Positions 1 through 12,763 of a stretch of DNA of 64,000 bases are shown here, piece by piece. Under the pieces are notes generated by a model that saw only the letters and a program-made list of their open reading frames with translations, had not been told where the DNA came from and did not search any database. The stretch comes from Antedon mediterranea. Its lineage: Eukaryota; Animalia; Echinodermata. Where the stretch lies: assembly GCF_964355755.1 (NCBI RefSeq), contig NC_092671.1:34172304-34236303 (forward strand), written 5' to 3'. Position numbers and translations under genes: made by a program. Position 1 is the stretch's first letter; every line of letters starts with the position of its first letter.

Positions 1-766
1 GATGAAAATGGGCCACATAAACCCGCAAGGCTTATAAAGATGTGGAAACCATAATAGTAGGCCTAAATGAATGAGTAATTACACAGTAAGCAAAATTGAA
101 ACGATAAAATTAAGGGTAATAGGGCCTACATAATAATATATAATAATACATGTTTAGTAAACTAAAAGTTAATACATATTTCGTTAACAAAAAAAGATGT
201 TAACATCATTATGATTAATAGATCAATACTCTATTATTTCTACTACATTTTAATTCATAAAAAAAAATGGGTACAGAGTCTGAATTAGTATCTAGATCAC
301 CGGTAAATAATATTAGGCTGCCAGTTATTGATTTAAACAATGTTTAAATGCGAAGGCTTGTTAATATGCTTCCTTCTTCGTGGTAAATTAACGGCGAACT
401 GTACTAAAAAAGAAGACACATTTGCTTCGGCCTCCAAGCGATTATATAAAACACATTGTTTTCAGTGGGGTTTTATCGCAGGACATGTCTCGGGGTAATG
501 GTATCGAGATCGTCACGGGCTATATATTGAACTATGCCCCAGTCAAATGTATATTGGCCTAATATGCATTAAAGCAGAATAATGCATGTCTGTGTACATT
601 ATTATAATGAAAGAAAAACAATGTAAATAAGTTAAACATTTTGGCAACATAAATTTTAGATAGGCCATTACTTTAATTATTTTTCTTGAGCCCAAAGAAA
701 TATATTTATTACATTTTCGTTATCCGTGCTCTTAAATTGCTCAGAAAAAACGTCCCCTTTTTTAGT

Positions 767-954
767 AAACCAAATATAAACAGGTTAAAACCAAATATAA
801 ACAGGTTAAAACCAAATATAAACAGGTTAAAACCAAATATAAACAGGTTAAAACAAAATATAGACAGGTTAAAACCAAATATAGACAGGTTAAAACCAAA
901 TATAAACAGGTTAAAACAAAATATAAACAGGTTAAAACCAAATATAAACAGGTT
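767..954. repeat. 21-bp tandem minisatellite (aaaccaaatataaacaggtta), ~9 copies
   Basis: Directly visible; generates the spurious KPNINRL ORF. About 4 inverted copies at 48494-48580. Confidence 0.95.
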
Positions 955-1601
955 CCGAATTATGACATTAGGTTACGTATCATAATCAGCAACCATGACT
1001 AATACAATTAATAAAAACCAAGTACGAAAGGATATGTAAACATTTTCTCAGTCGGTCAACCATGTGCTTTTTTAAAATGATAAACGAGTTATGGCGAACA
1101 CGCACAGTATACATCAACTGAAAGAAAAAATAATATTTTAGGAACTGTATCTTGGAGTTGTGGCTTGGTGGTTATGATGCTTGGCTACCAATCCAAGGGT
1201 ACTGGGTGCCTGTCGTATGTCAGTAGTTTTTCTAATTTCTAATGACCAATTACAACTCCACTCCAAAACTTGTAATAAGACATTGTTTATGTAGGGCATC
1301 TTATGTATGTTTGTCTTCTTGTGAACGGGATTGCCAACTTTAAGAAGGATAGTGAATGAATTCGCGTTTGGTTCGTCCTTGGCAAATGAAAATTTAAATT
1401 AATTTTACACTTTATTTTATATTTTACACTGTGTTTTGTCAATATATTTTGCAAGCAAAAAATGCAAAATACATGCATGAAGTAATTTTACTTTGTGTTC
1501 TTTAAAATTATGTTCTGTCGTGATACGGCGTTTTAAAAGAATGGGGACGAATGAAAAAGAATTTAGGCACACTGAATAGATTAATATTTGTTTAAGTATA
1601 C

Positions 1602-4600
1602 TTTTTTTATGGCTACATGTTGGGCCCATGTACCCATTGGAGCATTTGCAGACGCTTGTATTATCTGTTGTAACACAAGTACCACCATTCAAGCATACAC
1701 CGCAATCATCTTGAATATCATCTGTAATAAAGAAATTAGTAATGGTATATTTAGTAAAAATAAGATGTTAGACTTGTGTCTAAAATGAATAATGGGAACT
1801 TTTATGTTTACGACCTACCACCGACTAACCTAGGTCAGGTCAATCGATGTGTCTTCCTCGTCGTCTAGACTGGACCTAAAAACTATTGAAACAAACATGT
1901 GTCGAGGTGAGGAGCAGGATATGGAACGCCATGACGGACATAACTATGTCAAGTTGACCTCGCTCGTGTTATGTAGACATCGCTCTCGTGTTATGGAGAC
2001 ATTGCGCGAGTTGAGTTTACACATCGATCGTGTTATGGAGACATCGCTCGTGTTATGGAGACATCGCTCGAGTTGAGTTTTCGCGATGTGTAAACTCAAC
2101 ACGAGCAATATCTCCATAACACGAGCGATGTGTAAACTCAACACGAGCGATGTCTCCATAACACGAGCGATGTGTAAACTCAACTCGAGCGATGTCTCCA
2201 TAACACGAGCGATATGTAAACTCAACTCGAGCGATGTCTCCATAACACGAGCGATGTGTAAACTAAACCGGAGGAAATGCGTCCCATACGTAGTTCAGTC
2301 GTCACAAATCAAAATCTACGATATTATATCCTTAGGTCCATGATTATACTCTAAATTGTTAGACCACAAAAAGAATAGTCTTAGTCCATGGTTAAACCTA
2401 CCTGTGAATGGGCCTATATATAAGCTTGAATATGGATATTGAAATCGAGTAATACTGCTCTCCAATGATGGATTTCCAGTTCTTCTATCAACTCGATATA
2501 TGTCATAAGTCCCCGCATTTGTCCAGTAGATATAAGGGCCATATATTTCAATATCAATGCAGAAATATCCGGCCAAATCAGCAATGGTTGTTCTGTTGGT
2601 TCCATCAAGGTTAGCTTCTTCAATGATATTAGCTATTTCATCACACCAATACATCTTTCCATCTTGAAGATAACAACAAAAATATATTTAAAAAAATAAT
2701 GAACAATGGGATGTAGTTTAATCCAATAATTCAAAATATTATAATAATTTATCAAACTTCGTAAAATACATAATCGGTTGACACTTTTGCTCTTTTTTTT
2801 TTATCCCTAAACAGATAATGCTTTCATTGTTTTAAATTATAAAGAAAAAAGATCGAGTTTGTTTACGCTCAGTGTCCAGGCATTTACGATATAAACAAAC
2901 TATGAGATATGTTTTTTATAATAGTTATGGTGTAATTGTTCTTTATCACTGATTTTTAATATTTAAAAAATAGAAATAAACTTCCACACATCCTACAAAA
3001 GATTTGTATAAAGTCCTTTGCATAGAAAGAATGTTATCTACAATCTCCGAAGATAAAGAAATATTACAACATTGTATTAAAACACTGAATGAGGAATTAA
3101 TTAACAATTTGAGTATTGCTATTGAAGAAATTGAGACAGAAATAGACCTAAAACAAAGGAATTCGAAAATATTTACAGTAAAGAAACGAAAGGTGCTTAT
3201 ATACGATCAAGGGTTACAAATGGATAGAGGAGGGTGAGCGCGTAGCACAAAATACTTCTTAGATTTAGAGAAAAAAAGCATATAAAAAATATTTTAAAAA
3301 ATAATTGTAAATTATTGAAAAAACCAAAGGAATCATATGTGAAGAAATAAGATTCTTTAAGAAACTATATGCTAATAAGGGAATCTCCCAGGTAAAGTTA
3401 CTACCTAGATCGTTCAAATGTAAATAGTTTACCAAAATGAAGAAAAAACAAGTTGTGAAGGCTTAAAGAAGAAACGTACAAGAAGCAGTGAAGCATTAAA
3501 GCATATGTAATTGAATAAAGCCCCAGGGTATGATAGTTTACAAATATTAAATTTTTGGGAAGAGCTCAAATATTTAATATGTGATGTATTAATTTTAATG
3601 AATGCTATTTAAATAGCAAAATGAGCAATACGCAATGACTGGGTGTTATTAATCTGAAAGGGGATAAAAATCAACTACAAAATTGGAGTCCTATTACTCT
3701 GCTAACCACAGATTATAAAATATAGATGGTACGCTCGCTTCGCTCGCGTACCATCTAGGTCGTGCCCACAGATGGTTCTCGAATACATAATAATTTCAGC
3801 GTTAAAAAACTGGCGATTTCAAATGTACGTAGAATAATACATGTCGTTTACAGGAACGAATAAATAGACAATGATTTATGTACTCAACTAAAATTATCAC
3901 CCTGAGAATTACTTCCGAAAGAGAAACTTGTCACAAAATGAGACCAATTGTTTAAGTCAAATTTAAACAAACTTAATTTGTGTTTTGTATGTAACATTAG
4001 GGGTGAGGGATGGGGAAGAGGATGGGTGCATAGAGGAACAATTTTTAAATATATTAAATATATTCTTTATCCATTTAGTAACGAAATATTAATTGTTTTC
4101 ATGTTTTACAAATAATATACCACTAAACACAGTAAAACATTGCTATGTAATACTTTGTTGAAACTATAACCGTCCTAGTCGATTGAAATAGTACAGTACA
4201 TGTAACGATACATCACTACGACGTGTATGTTTATATAATGTAAAACAATTTGTGAAAACCCGGGTGAAAACCACCTTTATTCGAGGAAAATCATAAATTC
4301 GATTTAATCGTCAATAAATATTAAATTATCTAACTCAACTTAATTAGTAGGCCTAATGGTTTTCAATTGTTTCTTAGAGCCAATTCATACTTAAGTTGGT
4401 TCTTACCCCAGTTCTTACCCTACCCACCAAAGTTGTTCTGCGTGTGATGCACTGGCTTTACAACGCTACTCATGCCAGAGAGGGAAGGGTGATGATGTGG
4501 GTGGTTTAAATGCAATAATAAAGATTTTTTACATAATATACTGCGACTGAAAACGGTAGCTCATTATCCGTTTAAAAAAAAATTATATCCAACCTCTGCA

Positions 4601-7600
4601 GCACAGATTGAAAAAAAAATGGATCAAATTTACGACGCCTGAGGGAATAGACACTTGTGGAACAGAGATTGGAATGTTCCATTCATCGCAAATCAATACA
4701 TTTGTATAAATGTATATTAAATCTATCAAAATAGTATTTTTTAAAGAAAAGCGGCCTGTCTTCAACATTATGATGCTGTACTCGAGCTGTTCAACCGGTT
4801 TTCAGCCATTAAAAACAATTATCGTAGGAGGAGATAGGAAAATGCGAAGCATCCTCGTATTATTGTCTGTGGGTATTTTTCAAGACGGACATCCATTAGA
4901 CAGTGTATACCACGATCGAAAAACACCCCTATTTGGGGCAAATCGTTGAACCTAAATTCGTTTTAATTGTCAATAACTAATTATCTAACTCAATTTAATT
5001 AGTAAACAGGATTACATCAGGTGGTTAAAATCAGTACCGAGATTCTAACCAACTTTATATACCATCGAGTAAACATTCTAGAAATAACGTGCGATTTACC
5101 GAATTTTGCCCTTACGCATCCTCGTATTATTGTCTGTGGGTATTTTTCAAGACGGACATCCATTAGACAGTGTATACCACGATCGAAAAACACCCCTATT
5201 TGGGGCAAATCGTTGAACCTAAATTCGTTTTAATTGTCAATAACTAATTATCTAACTCAATTTAATTAGTAAACAGGATTACATCAGGTGGTTAAAATCA
5301 GTACCGAGATTCTAACCAACTTTATATACCATCGAGTAAACATTCTAGAAATAACGTACGATTTACTGAATTTTGCCCTTACGTAAATTTATATATAGAT
5401 TAACACACATCCTTAGTAATGTGTATATGACAGGGATGTCGCTTGTCAGCATTATTATTTCTATTGGTTGTAGAAGCAATGGCAATTAAGTAACCTAAGA
5501 AATGATCATCATTATAAAGGAATGTTGCTACCTAGTCCTATAAAAGAGGAAGTGCGTCCCGTGGGGGTCACTTGTATATAAACCAAACGGTGGGGGGGGG
5601 GGGGTGCAGCAGCCACTTCAAGACATGAGGCACTTGCGCTACCTGTTTTACTGAAAAATACTACGGATTTGAACTACAATTTACCAAAATCCAGTGTACT
5701 CTAAAAAGACGGTAGGCAGAAACAAGGCCACGCCAGAGAGGGCGCAATGTTTGTACTGGTTCCCGGCATGATCTGCGCATTGCCAAAGAGACCGTTCATG
5801 GCAAAATCACGAAGTTTATCGCTCGTCCGTGTGGTGCATGACGACGATGATCAAGATTGGTCACAGTTGAATGATTTTTGATGCAAAAACTCTAGGCCTA
5901 TTCAAAGGTATTTAGCGATGGGCTTATATAGCCGGGCTTATAGCATCCAGTATGCTAAAATACCTGCAAAATGTGGCGATAAATCGTCAAATTTTGACAC
6001 GGGTGGGCGGGCCAGGGACTTGAACTACTAATTTCACCCTGTCATTTCCCACACTTGTGCTACCAACTCTCCATATTTTCCCACACTTGTGCTACCAGGC
6101 CCTCGAAATCATACCCGTAAATGCGGCACCTCCCCGTATGGAAATATTAAGAGTGACCCCCCCCCCCCCTGTGAAGTGCGTATAGCACAACTTGCAGATG
6201 ATACAGTATTGTTTGCAGGAAACGAAAAAAGTATAACAAGAGGTCTATTCATTGTTAATAATTTCTGTGAAGTATCTGGTTTAAGCTTAAATAATAACAA
6301 AACTAGTGCCATGTGGATTTTATAGAAGGTATTACCATTCCCAAATGGGAAAAAGAAATTGGTATTGAAATTACAAACTGGTTTGATATTTGGTCAAGAA
6401 AAGTAAGAAATGAGAAATACAAAAAATATGCATAACTTAATTACAAATTGCTTCTCAGAATTTTACCAACACATTTACAACTAGAGGGTACTCCGAGAGT
6501 ACAAACCTCCGCCTACTGTAAATTTCCCTACATAAAATTCACCCGGAAAATATTATAGGCTAACTGCACACTACAAAGTTGTGGATGAGCGTTTGGTGTA
6601 ATTGTTATGTATCCAGCCTCTTACAGTTGAGATCGCTGGTTCAAGTCCCGCTGATGTTTTTTTTTTTTATTATTATTGTATTTTATTTATTTTTTTGGAC
6701 CTTGATCTTTGACCCTGACCCTTCAAAATTTAACCACAATTATATGATGAGTCATTGATCATTGTGGCTAAGTTTGGTGAGAATCGGATTAAAACTGTGG
6801 TCTCTAGGCAGTAAAATAGTTTTTTGTTAGTTGTGACCTTGATTTATGACCTTTCCCCTCAAATTCAAACTCCTCTGAGCTTTTTGGGCTTAGATCATTG
6901 TGAACAAATTTGGTGAGAATCAGCTAAAAACTGTGGTCTCCAGGATGTTCACATACACACACACACACACCCACACCCACGCACACAAACATACAGGGGT
7001 GAAAATATAACCTCCTTGGCGGAGGTAACTATATAAATGGAATACTAAAAACCCCAAAAAAGGTTATGTGATGTAACTGAGGATGAAAAACACATGTTTT
7101 TCAAATGTAAAAGCAATGTCTATTTATGGAAAAAATCAATGAAATAATAAAAAGTTAGATAATAGTATCGGTTCTTTTGAAGAACTTGTTTTTGGGTGAA
7201 TGCAATATAAAGAAGAATTTATGCTCTATATTCTATATACAAAATAAAAATATTGTCAGAATTAAATAGGTCAATCTGTAAAAACTTATGGATTATGTTT
7301 AAAAATATACTTACACAAGAGCATTCCATGAATGTATTTTTAATTTTTTTTTTAAGGTTACTGTAAATAAACTAATTTGTACAAAAATGTAAATAATGCA
7401 AATAAAACAGAAAAGAAAAATAGGGGGAAAACACTAAAAAGAAAAGTAAGCAGAAAGCACTGAAAATGCTATACTCTAGTATAGTTTTTTCAGATGTAAG
7501 GGGAAACTTAATATTATAAATGAAAATATTTATACATTTAAAAAAGATAACACAAACATAATAAAATTGTTTATTTATCAAAATGATTATGTTTTGAAAT

Positions 7601-10478
7601 GAAGTAAAGGTGAGTGAACCTCACAAAAGAGAAAAAAAAGAGGCCAGGGGTTCTCAACAGGCGGCTCAAGGACCAAATGCGGCTCGTGGGTGCATTTCAT
7701 ATGGCATGCAAAGAGATACTGCTAAAAAGTTTACTCCTTATAGCGGCATGGGTTCCCGTAAGCAGGGCTTTAAATATTAGCAGCAACCGGAACCGGCACA
7801 TCAACCGTCTAGCTCTATTTTTCAAATGGTACTGGTTGGTCATGGAAACTAAGTGCCATTTCCCGTTTTTTTTTATCTTTGTAGGCCTACTCCATGACCC
7901 AATGCCCTTGTTACATGGCTGTTCTAGCCTATAATATCTGGCCCGCGGCGACATTTGTAAATTGCAATATGGCCCACGGTAGGAACGGTTGAGAACCCCT
8001 GACATATTCTAATAACTAAAAAATAAAATATAAGTTGTATCTGAACCGTTAACTGATAACGCAAGCCCGTTTGGTAGATAAAGTGCCGTTGTCACAAGTT
8101 CTTCTCTGGTACTCAAGTCATTCAGCTTCGCGCGCTCTATCTTTTGCAAACCATAATCAGTCCAGTACAGGTATCTATAAAATAAAGCATAATAATTTCT
8201 CGTATTTATAACGTCCATGTGTAGAAATATATAATACAACTATTACAACCGGAACAGATGAAAATATTCAATTTCATTATTAATAAGAAAACCAATGGAA
8301 ATTAATAAAATTAAACAAATCAATGTTGAATTTTGATCTACGTCATTTAAAAAAAATTATTTTGTTAAAAAGGTACCGTGATAAAGCCCTGCATAGAGCA
8401 AGGATAGATTGATTTGCATAAGTAAACCCACCTAAGCAAGATTTAAACCCGATTTCTTCAGATAAGCTACATACCCGTTAACAGTATCTATCGCAATCCC
8501 ACGTGGACCGCCTAATGATGTATCAAAAAGAACTGTTCTGCCTGTTCCATCCAGATTTATTACTTCGATTCGGTCTTCTACCTCATCTGTCCAATAAAGT
8601 TTATTTCCAATTACGTCAACGGCAATACCACGAACACCTTAATTAATGAGAAATATCATCTTTATATTATTGCTGTGGGTTAACATTACCTTGAAACATT
8701 ACCTATACAGCCTCGGATTATGTATTAGTGTAACCCTTCTTGTTCGATAAAAAATAATGAAAACTCGGATTTCAAATAAATTTATATCATTCCGGAATTT
8801 ATTCCAATTGAAGTTTAATCTTAAACTAAAATAGAAAATACATACATGTATTATAATATAACTAACATACATCGATCGATTAAAACAATACAACACTATC
8901 AAAACAGGTAACTCTTGATATCTTAATCCATAATTGTCTTCATAATTAATCAATAATCAATAATATCGTAATAAAACAAAAATGCTATAGCAATAGTAAT
9001 TAAGTGAAAATTCAATATAAAACACGCTAATGCTTCATCACTTTATACATTTACTAAAGCCTAACATATTCCTTGGAATATCTTTAATACAAACGTATCC
9101 TTTAACATACTAGATCAAGAGTGAAATAAAAGTTATAACAAGTGTACATAATACAGTACCCCTATGAGTCGTTCAGCCAATTCGGCGAACATAACACTAT
9201 GTTCTTGATCCTAAATTAATATAAAGATGGATCATCGTAACAAGGCTTCTAATAATTAGTCGTATGGACCAGAAACTTAAAAAAACAGGTTGTTAATATG
9301 GTTAGAGCAGTGTTACACTTTGTATGTCTTGGTTTTATCTGTGTGAATCAGGGGAATGGAATGTGGGGCTGGTCTTATTTGACAACTTTGGGTTTAGGTT
9401 ATTTATGTCTTCTTCAAGAGGGCTCTTTATGTTATGGTTCCCTGTCATTTCAGATTTTGCACTGGGTTACATATAGGCCGAACCTATATTTTAATTCTTG
9501 GCCAAGTTCTTCTTCACGGCTGTCAATAGTACATTCTACTTGATAATTATTTGAACATAAACAGAATAATGTCTTGTTCTTACCCCTAACTTCAGTAGAA
9601 ACCAAAACTTTGTGCTGATTATTGGCAAATGAATACCATTCAATGGTATCATTAGTATAAGAAGACCAGTATAACGTTAAGGTGTCAGGATTATAATCAA
9701 GAGCTGTGATACCGATTGGTGTTGGTGAAACTGTCTGTGGCAATGCGGCCACAAAGTTTAAAGTTGTGTTAGTCAGACTTATGTTTGAATAATAAATGGT
9801 GTCTTGATAACCACCTACGAACACAATATCACGTCCTGTAAGATAATAACGTTACATCGAATACAATAACCTAAATAATACAAATACAATAACTTAAAAC
9901 CATGAGTACATTCTAATAAATAAAACACGAATACAGACTCTGTGCATCCGTCAGACAGCGTAACACAAACTACAAATGATATCTATAGTTAATATCTAAT
10001 TTGTTAGGTAAAAACAAAAGCTCCCTCTATAATGTAAAGCATCCTTCTGTAACAACAAACCTTATTTCTGAAAACACTGTCATGCAAACTTTACTTCCAG
10101 AAAATAATATATTATTACAATATTAATAGAAGAAGAATAGTTTATTATTATTCATTAAATAATTTTTTTTGTAAGAATGATGGAAATTAGAGGGAGCTAA
10201 CCGTACCTTTATGCCTACCGTAACAGAGTTATAGTGGGAAGGTAACCTGTTAATTGTACACTGTAATATATATATATATATATATATATTTGTTGAAATT
10301 ATAGTGTAGTTTGATAGTCATTTCGTATGATACATGATTATATTTCACCGTATTTATATTTTTTTTTTCTAAAAACGAATAATTATATTAAGGCCATGTC
10401 TTGAAGTCAATACTTACCGTAAACGAATCCTATGCGTAAAGTCACTAGACACATTGCAAACAATAGAGATGTCATCAT
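1602..10478 (-). CDS. YWTD beta-propeller + EGF protein with signal peptide (LRP/nidogen-like module), copy A; exons 10478-10418, 9835-9584, 8637-8475, 8174-8047, 2662-2402, 1721-~1602
   Basis: GT-AG exons with consistent phases. Signal peptide MMTSLLFAMCLVTLRIGFVYG; repeats LYWSS, LYWTD, LYWTD, MYWCD, IYWTN; EGF CGVCLNGGTC...CKCSNGYMGPTC. The 3' end after the EGF is uncertain. Confidence 0.85.
1960..2267. repeat. 39-bp minisatellite (atcgctcgtgttatggagacatcgctcgagttgagtttacac) with an internal orientation switch
   Basis: Visible tandem units in both orientations; counterpart at 47065-47480. Confidence 0.9.
3723..5399 (-). mobile_element. Non-autonomous Helitron-like insertion present only in arm A; contains a 267-bp tandem duplication (4849-5383)
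   Basis: Minus strand starts TCTATATA and ends with hairpin GATGGTACGCGAGCGAAGCGAGCGTACCATC-TA. The empty site tataaaata|ttaacac is present in arm B (~45540); no TSD. Confidence 0.75.
6481..7029 (-). mobile_element. Helentron/HINE-like non-autonomous element carrying a tRNA-like fragment
   Basis: Ends TTACCTCCGCCAAGGAGGT and GGCGGAGGT...CTCTAG, a CA/GT microsatellite and GACCTT motifs. Inverted copy at 41029-41570. Confidence 0.6.
7645..8001. mobile_element. hAT-like MITE
   Basis: TIR caggggttctcaac...gttgagaacccctg; no clear TSD. The arm-B copy (37494-40415) is split by a LINE. Confidence 0.7.
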
Positions 10479-10992
10479 GTTACTTCTATATACAAAAACA
10501 TTATTTGTTATCGAGGATTCATGACAACTTAATTATATCTTCTTTTTTACATGTCAAACAAAAACTAGCCCTAATAATATTAGTACTATAAAATATCGTG
10601 TTATTATGATACCATTAAGTAAGTACTTCAAGCTATTTTACATGGATACAATTTATCAACGTTGATAAAATAGATATCATTGTGTGCAACTTATGATTTT
10701 AATTATAATGCAAACTCTACCAACAGACTTTTGTTGGAAGAGAATGGTACTTATAACACGCTTTGACGTCATGGTATGCCTACCAACATGCTTCACTGGG
10801 TATTGCATAAAAAAAAAAACTTTTAGCAGTATATGAATTGTAAGCACGATCGATATGTCATTTAGAAATAATAAAGGCTGAAAATAATGAAAATGCTGTG
10901 GGTATCGGTGACTGGATCTCAATGGAGATACAAAATAAAATAATCAAAATGCTACTGTAGATCAAAACGATAAAGTAAAACAGCCAGAAAAT

Positions 10993-11032
10993 TATCAGAG
11001 CTTTCGGGTAACACTAGCCCTTCATCAGTGCA
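10993..11032 (-). ncRNA. Minimal type-I hammerhead ribozyme motif (Penelope/retrozyme type), copy A
   Basis: Minus strand tgca-CTGATGA-aGGGctagtgttaCCC-GAAA-gctc-tg: both core boxes plus helix II. Confidence 0.6.
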
Positions 11033-11125
11033 AGTGAGAGTATATATATTGTGAGGGTGTTTGTTGTATGAGAGAACGTATATGGTGGGTGAAAATCGGT
11101 GAAAATATGTGATAATACCATATAT

Positions 11126-11197
11126 GGCTCTGTGGTCTGGTGGTATGATACTCGCCCTGTAAGCGAGAGGTCGCAGGTTCGACTCCCGCCAGAAACA
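11126..11197 (+). tRNA. tRNA-derived pseudogene/SINE head (tRNA-Pro-like body, TGT at anticodon position)
   Basis: A box TGGTCTGGTGG, B box GGTTCGACTCC, anticodon stem CTCGC/GCGAG; acceptor stem only partly paired. Confidence 0.6.
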
Positions 11198-11819
11198 TTT
11201 TTTCAACATTTTTTTACAACTAAAAATACGGAACTTTCGCCGATGAGCTATGCTCGACACGATTATGAGACATTGGTCCAAATATGAGCACTGTTTCAAT
11301 AATTTGACAGTATTATTTATTTTATCTCTGGTGCGGGTGCGTACAATTGAGGGAATAGTGCTGAAATCTGTGAACATAAGAAAAAGTCGCTTCAACCGAG
11401 ATTCGAACCCGGCATTACAAACTTATTTTGTGCTAAAAACGTTCTAAAGGTCACACCGAAAATCACCAAAAACACTGATTGTTCACATTATATTGGTCAA
11501 AACTTCGCTGATACTTATCCGATATTTTTCTGGAAAAGTCAAATTTGTTGAAAGTTTAATCATCTTTACAGCAATATAAATATTAATAACTAAATGCTAC
11601 GTATTTTTTTCCGGAAGTTTGATTCCACTCGTGAAAACGAAACAGTAAAATCGGTTAAATTACCATGCTATAATAAATACAAATTCCTCTATAGCCAGTT
11701 TCTTCCCAAAGGTAAGAAACATCTCTGTCCAAAAACAGACGATCAATGATACAAATAGCCAAAAAAGGCTGAAACTGTAACATTTTACATGAAAAAATGA
11801 AGATAAAAAGAAAATATCA

Positions 11820-12763
11820 TATATGTAAACAAATGTATAAAATGTGTAGACAATTAAATATAAAAACAGGAAACGACATTCATATTAAACTGAGTAAAGG
11901 ACATCAATAAAAAAAAAGAAGATTAAGGCGGATCATTAAGGAGTCTGATTAGGGCTGGAATAGCTGACTTTCAGTGTCTCTCAGTACGACAAAAGGATCA
12001 TCAAAGTTTTTCTAAGGCATCTCAAACACTCACGTTTAGGGAGTAACAAACTGCCGATATCAGATAAAAGAAGTTTCTTCCCAAAGGTAAGAAACATCTC
12101 TTCTCGCCTTAAGTGAAGTGACCTACAGACCCAAGAGCAATATCGTAATGGGTATAGTCTTAACCGAGAATGAGACGTAACACTCTTCTGAATTAACTCA
12201 ATACGCTACGTGTTTAAATGTTAAAGAGGTATGCCAGACACAGCATGAAGCATACTCTAAACACGGCCTAATATATGTGGTATAAACACTACCATGACAT
12301 TTCGATGGTTTCGGAATGATCTGATTATTATTGCACCAGAGTTCAATCTCATTAAGCATACATTGCATAGAGGATTACCACCCTTTTTAACAATTTCATC
12401 AATGGTAAGGTCATTAACATATTTTCATCGCCTGCAGTTTCCCTCACAATCATTATTAATGAGGATGTGTAGATGGTATATTAGTGCCAATTTTGGAATT
12501 AATAACTCTATTAGAAAGGAAATTGCAGACAATGGGTATGATTGACGGTCTAACACCAATGGAAATCATCTTATTAATTAAAACAGTGTGGTCAACACGA
12601 TCGAACGCTTTGGCGAAATCTAAAGCACAAACATAGACGTAACAGCTTTTACCATCAACATCTTTAGAAATAGAGTCAAGCATGGTAATTAAATAATGAG
12701 AAGTCGAAACGCCTTTCCTACTACCGAACTGTTTCAAATTAAGCACGCGACCAAAAACACATA
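11820..12763 (-). pseudogene. 5'-truncated, internally deleted LINE RT fragment, copy A
   Basis: QFGSRKGVSTSHYL...ALDFAKAFDRVDH, then degenerate C-terminus and an AATAAA-containing tail. Confidence 0.75.

Larger units (their letters stand above)
2960..7350 (+). pseudogene. Old fragmented L1/Tx1-like LINE in intron 4 of gene A, interrupted by younger elements
   Basis: Degenerate RT-region motifs: KYFLDLEK, LNKAPGYD, NWSPITLL.TDYKI, RQGC.LSALL-like, QLADDT..F, SGLSLN..K. Inverted counterpart at ~40690-46340. Confidence 0.6.
767..12763. repeat. Arm A of a large inverted segmental duplication (partner 19232-48580)
   Basis: Reverse complement matches arm B colinearly, e.g. ORF pairs 2316-2654/46641-46979, 9450-9824/22345-22650, 10952-11395/20690-21133. 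Inner end near ccaaaaacacata (12763); outer end lies in the 21-bp array. Confidence 0.95.

Noticed and set aside
686-985. 99-aa ORF with KPNINRL repeats
   Set aside because: Translation of a 21-bp minisatellite.
1849-2343. Repetitive ORFs (METSLELSLHIARV; also 47077-47603)
   Set aside because: Products of a 39-bp intronic minisatellite.
11126-11197. Functional tRNA-Thr(TGT) gene
   Set aside because: Acceptor stem is mispaired, and differently so in the two copies; treated as tRNA-derived.
10952-11395. 147-aa ORF conserved at 20690-21133
   Set aside because: Conservation is explained by the recent duplication; it overlaps tRNA-like and hammerhead sequence and has no recognisable domain.
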